A stretch of 64,000 nucleotides of DNA from a virus. Location of the stretch: IMG/VR virus record IMGVR_UViG_3300045988_118370, positions 81,863 to 145,862 of that record, one strand, 5' to 3'. This document shows, one piece after another, positions 56,438 through 64,000 of the stretch. How positions within the stretch are numbered: position 1 is the first letter of the stretch; each line of letters begins with the position of its first letter. The notes beneath the pieces were generated by a model. The model ran no database searches, was not told the origin of the DNA, and worked only from the letters and a program-made list of their open reading frames with translations. The translations under genes were made by a program, and so were the position numbers.

Positions 56438-58087
56438 TTGGATACGCAAGATCGTAATGAATAGATTCATGCTAAAGGTTTTGATATTTATAATAGTCGT
56501 TATGAATATAATTACAATGATACTATGGATTATGCTAATAGAAAAATAAAAGTTGGCACAAAAACTTTAGATGATGCTATTTTAAAACTTGGTGATTATA
56601 GTAAGATTAGATACCCAGGTCAAACTCGTATTATCACGAAACCCGATGTGCTTCGCGCACTAGCAGAAAGAGATTTAAATGCTTTGCGATATATTTCTAA
56701 TTTTTATTATGATATAAGTGGTGTATATCAACGAGTTTGTAATTATGTTGCTTTTTTATACCGCTATGACTGGTATATCGCGGCTGAGACTTATGATGAT
56801 AGTGTAAAAGAAGAAAAAGTTTTAAAAGATTTTTATAGAATGTTGAATTATTTTGATAATAGTTATATTAAAAAGATTTGTGGAGATATTGCTTTACAAG
56901 TTGTTAAAAATGGATGCTATTATGGATATATAGTTCCTTCAGAGAAAAATCTAATTTTACAAGAATTACCAGTTAGATATTGTAGAACACGTTATAGTGT
57001 AAATAATACCCCAGTTGTTGAATTTGATATGCGATTTTTTGATACTTTTAGAGATATGAATTATCGTTTAAAAGTATTAAAATTATTTCCAGAAGAATTT
57101 GCTAAAGGTTATGTTCTATATAAACAAGGAAAACTTGCTTTAGAAGAGGCAGTTGGATGCTAGCATACTGGTAGTTGGTATGTTCTTGAACCAGAAAATT
57201 GTGTTAAATTTAATATTAATAATAGTGATGTTCCTATTTTTGTAAATTCGATTCCTACTATTATGGATTTAGATGCGGCGCAAGATCTTGATCGCAAGAA
57301 ACAAATGTAGAAGTTACTTAAAATTTTAGTCCAAAAGCTCCCAATGGATAAAAATGGTGATTTGATATTTGATGTTGATGAAGCCAGAGATATCCATAAT
57401 AATGCCGTTTAGATGTTATAGAGGGCTATTGGAGTAGATGTTTTAACTACATTTACTGACGTAGATTCTATTGATATGTCTGATAAGAATACTACTACAA
57501 CGACAGATGATTTAGCTAAAGTTGAACGTAGTGTTTATAATTCATTAGGTATTTCATAGAATTTATTTAATACTGATGGTAATATGGCTTTAGAAAAATC
57601 AGTATTAAATGATGAATCTACAATAAGAAGTTTAATTTTATAGTTTAATATATTTTTTAATAGAATTATTGAAAAAAAGAGTAGTAATAAGAAATATAAT
57701 TTTAGATTTTATTTATTAGAAACTACTTAGAATAATTATCAAACACTTTCTAAAATGTATAAAGAACAAGCGCAAATGGGACAATCAAAGTTATTGTCTT
57801 AGATTGCTCTTGGACATTCGTAGAGTTTTATTCTTAATGCAGCTCATTTTGAAAATGAGATTTTACATTTAAGTGAAATTATGATTCCTCCTCTTATGAG
57901 TTCTACTATGGGTAGTGAAGATATTTTGGGTTTAAAAGGTTCATCATCTAATAATAAAACTCAAAATAATTCAGGAAGCTCAGGTTCTGGAACTGCTAAA
58001 GCTTCTAATGGTGAGGCAGGACGTCCGGAAAAACCTGACGATTAGAAAAGTGAAAAAACTATTCAAAATAAAGAAGCAATGAAATAA
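56438..58087 (+). CDS. putative portal protein (549 aa) with about 11 in-frame TAG
   Basis: RBS AAAGGAGGTGGAACT before TTG 56438. One frame, containing track fragment 56525..57163, to TAA 58085-58087. Called from size and position after terL. Confidence 0.5.
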
Positions 58088-58096
58088 GGAGGATTT

Positions 58097-59674
58097 ATGA
58101 AACATACAAGTATTAAATTAAATACACCTTGTGAGTTTATAAATATAACTCCTGTAAATCCTTTAATTTCTAAATGCCAAATTAAGGTTTGCTATGTAGA
58201 TGATAAACCTAATCGCAATAAAAGCGTAATTACTAAAGACGTAGCAACTGAGATGGCTAATAGCCTTCCTGGTAGTCCTATTGTTGGTTTTTTTAATGAA
58301 AATACCGAAGATTTTGAAGAACATAATAGGATAATTGAATTATCTAATGGCGAATTTAGAATGAAAGATAATACTCGCCCTTATGGTTTTGTTGATCTTG
58401 GAGCTAGAGTTTGGTTTTAGAAATTTTTGGATGATGGTGTTGTCGAACGTGAATATTTAATGACTGAAGGTTATTTGTGGACTGGTTAGTATCCTGAATG
58501 TAAACGTGTAGTTAATAAAGGAAATAATCATTCTATGGAGCTTGATGAAAAAACATTAAATGCTACGTGGGCAAAAGATAGCAATGGAAAACCTTAGTTT
58601 TTTATTATAAATAAGGCAATTATTTCTAAACTTTGTATTTTGGGAGAAGAAAATGAACCTTGTTTCGAAGGCTCCCAAATCAATGTGAATTTTTCATTCG
58701 ATGATGGTTTTAAGAACACTTTGTTCTCCATGATGAATGAACTTAAAGAATTTATGAAAGAAGGAGGAGCCAAAGTGTTTACACAATACGCTGTTAATAT
58801 TGGCGACAATTTGTGGAATTCTCTTTATTCTTATATTGAGAATAAGTATCCTGTCGAACCAAAGAATTATTGTTCTGTTTATCGCATTGAAGGCGTTTGC
58901 GAAGATGGTGAACAAAAGTTTGCTGTTTTGAAGAATAAGCAAGATGAAAAATACTATCGTATGGATTTTTCTCTTGAAGCAGAGAATTTCGTTCCTTCTG
59001 ATACTTTAATTGAAGTAACTGATTATGCTCCTGCGGCCGAGCCTCAGTTTGCTCTTAATGCTGTAGAAGAATTTGAAAATGAGTATGCTTCAAAAAAGAA
59101 AGCAGAAGAGGACAAAAATAATAAATCAAATAATCCTGACGGTGAAAATAAATCAGAGGGTAATGATAATAAAAAGAACCCTGATAATGGAGATCCCTCT
59201 AATAAGTCTGATAAAGGCGACAACGGTGAGAATGATGATGATAAAAAGAAAAAGAAAAATTATTCTCTTGAGGATGTTGTTGAATATACTGAACTTAAAG
59301 CTCAGTATGATGAATTACAGACTAAATTCGCGGCTCTTGAAACTGAAAATAATAGCTTGAAAGAGCAAATTGCTCCACTTGCTGAATTTAAAAATGCCGC
59401 TGAAAAGAAAGATAAAGAAGATATGATTGCTAAATTCTATATGCTTTCTGATGAAGATAAGGCTGATGTTGTTGAAAATATTGATAAATATTCTCTTGAT
59501 GATATTGAAGCTAAATTATCTGTTATTTGTGTTCGCAACAAGGTGAGTTTCGACCTTGACGAAAATAATAAGCCCAATGGTGCTACTACTTTTAATTTGA
59601 ACGATAATGGTTCAGAAGATGATGATATGCCCGCTTGGGTGAAGGCGGCTTTTGCTACCGCCAACAAAAATTAA
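58097..59674 (+). CDS. putative scaffold (possibly protease-scaffold fusion) protein with 3 in-frame TAG
   Basis: Fragments 58097..58420 and 58640..59674 are in one frame. Long acidic and coiled-coil low-complexity C-terminal half. Located between the putative portal and the capsid genes. Confidence 0.5.
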
Positions 59675-59691
59675 TAAGGAGGACATACTAA

Positions 59692-60609
59692 ATGTTTAAA
59701 GACTTTTTGAATAAGAATCTTCCTATTAAGTCTCAGGCAAAGTATGTTGAGTTTGGTTACGGTCAGGTCGAGCCTAATCACCTTTCCGCACAAAGAAATG
59801 CTCAAATCTATGCTCAACTTCCCGCCAATAAAGACATTGAGATTCTTGAAAATGGTCAGTTTGTAAAGTATGACTATGCTGCTAATAATAACGGTGTCGG
59901 CGAAGTCAACTTCACTGGCGAAGGCGAATGGATGCTCGTTTATAACGAGATTAAACTTTATCGTGATCATTATGATGGCAGTAAGCAGTGGGATTGCGAA
60001 TTTGCTATGATTAAAGATGACTATCAGGCTCGTGTTTATAGCCCTTATGATTGGGAGCATACCGAGGTTGAATATGGTGGTCGTTTCTGGAATGGTGTTG
60101 ATGAAAAGGGTCAAACCTATAAGTTAATCAATCAGACCGTTTCCGCAGATCAAGGTTTAAAGACTGTTACTATTGCTGGTCGTGTTTATGATGTTGATGA
60201 AACCGGCAAGTTTACTTATGATGGTAATGAATATACTCTTGATAGTAATCATCAGGTTGCTAATGTTCCTGTAAAGTATTACTATGATAAGCTTCTTACT
60301 GATGTTCCTGATATGTATGAAATGAATTGGACCAATGATCCATATCATAAGTTAGGTATTTATCATGAGAAGTTCATGGAATCTGGCACTTCTATGGTTC
60401 CTCGTGTATTTAAGACCATGATTGGTGATCTTTATACTACTAATATGATTAATGAAGAGACTCTTGCTGTTGGAGATAAGCTTTCTCCTTCTGCTGCTAC
60501 AAAGGGTATTCTTAGCAAAACTGGCGACGATTCAATGACCTGGCAGGTTGTTAAGGTTTATACTATGCCTGATGGTCAAAAGGGTGTCAAGGTAATGCGT
60601 ATTAAGTAA
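59692..60609 (+). CDS. capsid-associated protein (305 aa), no TAG
   Basis: Intact ORF immediately upstream of the major capsid gene. RBS TAAGGAGGA. Confidence 0.55.
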   Translation: MFKDFLNKNLPIKSQAKYVEFGYGQVEPNHLSAQRNAQIYAQLPANKDIEILENGQFVKYDYAANNNGVGEVNFTGEGEWMLVYNEIKLYRDHYDGSKQWDCEFAMIKDDYQARVYSPYDWEHTEVEYGGRFWNGVDEKGQTYKLINQTVSADQGLKTVTIAGRVYDVDETGKFTYDGNEYTLDSNHQVANVPVKYYYDKLLTDVPDMYEMNWTNDPYHKLGIYHEKFMESGTSMVPRVFKTMIGDLYTTNMINEETLAVGDKLSPSAATKGILSKTGDDSMTWQVVKVYTMPDGQKGVKVMRIK

Positions 60610-60626
60610 GAAAGGAGAAAAGGATA

Positions 60627-61733
60627 ATGTTAGATAAAAATAATTTAATTGCTCTTATGAAGCAAGTTGCTAAGGCTGATCCTTCTGCTCCTGTTGCTTA
60701 TAGTTATGAGGGAAAAAATCTTAGTTATGAAGCCTTAAATGAAACTCTTCGTAATGAAATGAATGAGTTGGCTGGTACTTACGCTCTTTATCGTGAAAAT
60801 AAGAATCTTATTTTCTCTATGATTGAGCAGACTCTTGATGAGGTTCTTCCTAAGAAAGTTATTCAGCAATATGATCAGTTTGCTGAGGTTAAGACTTTCG
60901 CTCAGGGTGATAAGCCTATTTTCCGCCGTCCTCTTAATAATCGTGCTCGTGCTAAGCAGTTTGTAACTCGCGTTGGTCTTGCTGGTATTTATGAAGTCTT
61001 CAAGCTCGGACCTAAAGAGAATGAAGCCTTCGAGGTACGCACTAGCGCTATCGGCGGAGCTGCTCAGATTGGCTTCGAAGAATTCCTTGATGGTCGTGTT
61101 GATTTTGGTGAAGTAACCAAGATCATCATGGATGGTATGGATGAACTTATTTATAAAGAAGTCGCTGCTGCTCTTAGATCTTCTATCAATCAGCTTCCTC
61201 CTGCTAACCGCGTTGCGGCTGCCGGATTTGATGAAGCTGCTATGGATCGTTTGATCACTATTGCTTCTGCTTATGGTACTCCTACTATTTATTGTACTTA
61301 TGAGTTTGCTGTTAAGATGATTCCTCATGAGGCTTGGAGATATACTGAAGCTATGAAGAACGAGCTTTGGAATAATGGTCGTCTTGCCACTTACAAGGGT
61401 ACTAAGGTTATTATTCTTGAGCAGGGCTTTGAAGATGAAACCAATACTCGTAAGGTTATTGATCCTGGTTATGCTTGGGTTATTCCTACGGGCGCTGATG
61501 GTAAGCCTGTAAAGATTGCTTTCGAAGGTGGCACTATTGTTGATGAATTCAACAATTATGATCGTTCTCGTGAGATTCAGGTTTACAAGAAGGTTGGCGT
61601 AGTTTGTATGCTTGCCAATAACATCTGTGCTTATGTTGATACTTCACTTCTCGGTCAGATGTATACTTGGAATTATGATGGAGTTACTGGTAAGGTTATC
61701 ACTTATGATGGTCGCCTTGACGGTACTGTCTAA
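60627..61733 (+). CDS. major capsid protein candidate (368 aa), no TAG
   Basis: Intact ORF in codon-optimised style, RBS AAAGGAGAAAAGGATA, strong terminator directly downstream. Typical position and size for an HK97-fold capsid protein. Confidence 0.6.
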   Translation: MLDKNNLIALMKQVAKADPSAPVAYSYEGKNLSYEALNETLRNEMNELAGTYALYRENKNLIFSMIEQTLDEVLPKKVIQQYDQFAEVKTFAQGDKPIFRRPLNNRARAKQFVTRVGLAGIYEVFKLGPKENEAFEVRTSAIGGAAQIGFEEFLDGRVDFGEVTKIIMDGMDELIYKEVAAALRSSINQLPPANRVAAAGFDEAAMDRLITIASAYGTPTIYCTYEFAVKMIPHEAWRYTEAMKNELWNNGRLATYKGTKVIILEQGFEDETNTRKVIDPGYAWVIPTGADGKPVKIAFEGGTIVDEFNNYDRSREIQVYKKVGVVCMLANNICAYVDTSLLGQMYTWNYDGVTGKVITYDGRLDGTV

Positions 61734-61746
61734 TTTAATATAAATT

Positions 61747-61790
61747 ATTCCATGGGGAGAAGGGATTAAACTCCCTCTCCCCATATTTTT
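61747..61790 (+). terminator. rho-independent terminator after the capsid gene
   Basis: GGGGAGAAGGGA-ttaaa-CTCCCTCTCCCC followed by TATTTTTGTTTT. Confidence 0.7.
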
Positions 61791-61819
61791 GTTTTATGAG
61801 TAAAAGGAGAAATTGAATA

Positions 61820-62413
61820 ATGATTAATAATGAAGATATTTATAATGTAAAAAATAGAAGCACTAGTGTAGTTGTTTATACTATTCCTGATACTAATTTG
61901 CGTCGTGAATTTGCGCCCGGTGAAACTAAGCGCATTCCATTTGGTGAGCTAGAGAAGTTAACTTATCAGGCGGGCGGCCGCGAATTAATTGCTAATTTTT
62001 TACAAATTTTAGAGCCAGAAGTAACTCATACTCTTAATGTTCATACTGAACCTGAATATAATATGTCAGAGCAACAAGTTGCTGATTTAATTCTTAATGG
62101 CTCATTAGATGCTTTTTTAGATGCTCTTGATTTTGCTCCTATTGGAATTATTGACTTAATCAAGAATTTATCTGTTAGCCTTCCTATTACTGATATTAAT
62201 AAGCGTAGAGCTTTGAAGGAAAAAACTGGGTTTGATGTTGATAAAGCTATTGCTAATGATATCGCTAGTAAAGAAGAAGATACTATTGTAGAGAAAGAAC
62301 CCGCTGCTAAGCGTCGTGTAGTAAGAGAAGAACCTGTTACTCAAGGTCGTCGCACAAGCGGTTCTGGATATAAAGTAATTAATAAAACCGAGGAAACTTC
62401 CTCCAAGAAATAA
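61820..62413 (+). CDS. hypothetical structural protein (197 aa), no TAG
   Basis: ORF with RBS AAAGGAGAAATTGAATA. Confidence 0.55.
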   Translation: MINNEDIYNVKNRSTSVVVYTIPDTNLRREFAPGETKRIPFGELEKLTYQAGGRELIANFLQILEPEVTHTLNVHTEPEYNMSEQQVADLILNGSLDAFLDALDFAPIGIIDLIKNLSVSLPITDINKRRALKEKTGFDVDKAIANDIASKEEDTIVEKEPAAKRRVVREEPVTQGRRTSGSGYKVINKTEETSSKK

Positions 62414-62432
62414 TTTATAGGAGGGTGATTAA

Positions 62433-63005
62433 GTGGGAACATTATTCTCAACTGTTTATAATCGCTTTCTAAACAAGGTTACTGATGATATGTATCTGGA
62501 ATTAACTCCCGAAGATACTCTAAGAGATTTATAGAATCTTATAATAGATGCTATTCCTGGATTTGAATTTCCGCGAAAAAATCTTTTAGATTATAATTTA
62601 GATGTCGCTACTATTAATGAATCTGATGCTATGCCGGATGATTTTATTGTAGGAACAGTATGGGGGGAACTTCCAGAACCGGGTGGAGAACCTCAAGTTT
62701 TAGTTGATAGATCCAGTTTTAATTGTGATCTAACTGAAGAAGAAATTAATATTTTAGCTATTTTAATGATGTGCGGTTGGACGCAAAGACAAGTCACTTC
62801 AATTGAGAATACTCGAATGAAATATAGTGGCTCTGATTTTAAATTTACTTCTTAGGCAAATCATCTATCAAAGCTATTGAATTTATTAGGTGAATGCCAA
62901 AGACAATCTCACCATATGTAGCGTTTATATAAACGCAGACGTCTAAATAACAAAGGTGAGTATGAATCTAATTGGGATGTGTTTAAAAGTCGATATGATT
63001 ACTAA
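62433..63005 (+). CDS. hypothetical structural protein (190 aa) with 3 in-frame TAG; GTG start
   Basis: RBS AGGAGGGTGATTAA before GTG 62433. Contains track fragment 62631..62855. TAA 63003-63005. Confidence 0.45.
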
Positions 63006-63303
63006 ATATAATTTTGATATTCCAATAGAGAGTATAAAAGTAAATTGTTTGCGCTTAACCAATCAATTATGGAAATTAATTCCAATGCGCGAAAATAATG
63101 AAGATTGGCATAAATAGCTAGAAACTGTTATAAATGAAATTGTGGGGTTTAGTGTGATTTTTAACGCTGAACCCCTTTATTTATAGTTATTAAATAAACT
63201 TGAGGGATTGTAGAATCAAGATACTGATTTTAATTTTTATCGTAAGACTGTGTTTGAAACGATCAGTCTTTTATAGGAGATAAATTATGGCGTCAGGGTT
63301 TGA
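62995..63303 (+). CDS. hypothetical protein (102 aa) with 4 in-frame TAG
   Basis: ATG 62995 overlaps the end of the previous gene. TGA 63301-63303. Confidence 0.35.
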
Positions 63304-64000
63304 TTATAGTAGTAAGCAACCTTTTAGATTATAGCAAGGTCGCTTAGAAATTTATGATAAGCCACCCTTTAAAGGTAGCCCTGTTGAAGGCGTTAATTAT
63401 ATGGCGGTTCGGCTCGGTCAGATGGGCGGAAATCGCCAACAAGAGCGTATGATTTTATCTAAGCGCAGAAGTTTAGATAGAGCAGTATGGAATTCATACC
63501 AAGCCGCGGAAATCATTAAATAGGATGCGGAATATAAAAAACCTATTAGGTGTTTGATTAATCCTAATAAATTAAAATAGGATTATGATGACAAGATTTT
63601 GTCTGTTGGAAATGAATATTAGTTTAAACCAGGAGATATTTTTGAATGGTGTGGAACTAATACCTATTGGATTTGTTATCTTTAGGATTTGACTGAATTA
63701 GCTTATTTTAGAGGAGATATTAGAAAATGCTCTTATAAAATAAATTGGGTAGATGAGGGAGAGAAGAAATCTACTTATGCAGCAATTCGCGGTCCTGTAG
63801 AAACGAAAATTAATTATATTCAGAAACATGAAATTAGTATAGATAATCCTAATTATTCATTAAATATTTTAATGCCAAAAAATAAAGATACATTAAGATA
63901 TTTTAAACGTTATACTAAATTTTATTTAGATAGTTAGGATGAGGGAGACAATTTAATTTGTTGGCGTGTTGAAGCTGTAGATTCTATAAGTATGCCTGGC
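63287..64000 (+). CDS. hypothetical tail-module protein, partial (continues past window end), at least 6 in-frame TAG
   Basis: RBS AGGAGATAAATT before ATG 63287. Same frame as track fragment 63689..63937. No TAA or TGA before the window end. Confidence 0.45.

Noticed and set aside
60735-61328. Track ORF 60735..61328(-) inside the major capsid gene, and 59671..60114(-) inside the capsid-associated gene
   Set aside because: They are antisense to intact, RBS-supported late genes. Low-complexity S/I/N-rich translations.
1-64000. The interpretation of this window as a crAss-like Bacteroides phage, because of TAG recoding and the tRNA array
   Set aside because: Promoters are canonical TTGACA/TATAAT with TGn and GGAGG RBSs, not the Bacteroides TAnnTTTG type. 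A SpoVT/AbrB-like regulator is present. I did not see crAss-like signature genes. The host and lineage remain open.

Overview
This window looks like one contiguous piece of a large, AT-rich virulent phage genome with three blocks. Block 1 (1-7100) is a minus-strand tRNA array of about 17 tRNA genes, including a few atypical ones. It is interrupted by small ORFs, an AAA+ ATPase and a GIY-YIG homing endonuclease. Block 2 (7150-51830) is a long run of minus-strand early/middle genes, mostly small. Almost every gene or short operon is preceded by a textbook sigma70-type promoter (TTGACA-N17-TATAAT, often with a TGn extended -10) and a GGAGG-type RBS. The recognisable products in this block are glycine-rich tail-fibre-like paralogs, two large paralogs of unknown function, an MH-clan metallopeptidase-like protein, a calcineurin-like phosphoesterase, a DnaQ-like 3'-5' exonuclease, a HAD-type 5'(3')-deoxyribonucleotidase, a second GIY-YIG protein, a SpoVT/AbrB-like regulator and many membrane micro-proteins. 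Between 34 and 47 kb there are seven copies of a roughly 150-bp cassette. Each is a plus-strand promoter, a GC-rich perfect hairpin, a facing minus-strand promoter and a bidirectional terminator. An iteron-flanked plus-strand locus sits at 30.9-33.0 kb. Block 3 (52024 to the window end) is a plus-strand late morphogenesis module, with large terminase, portal, scaffold-like, major capsid and tail genes, driven from a divergent promoter pair at about 51.9 kb. Reading frames in the late module are only continuous if TAG is read as a sense codon, and the same holds for several minus-strand genes. TAA and TGA are the real stops, so the supplied ORF track, which treats TAG as a stop, fragments these genes. 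None of the tRNAs I could parse has a CUA anticodon, so the suppressor was not found here. No rRNA or CRISPR array is present. Coordinates I derived myself rather than from the ORF track may be off by 1-2 nt. All product calls come from motifs read by eye, not from database searches.
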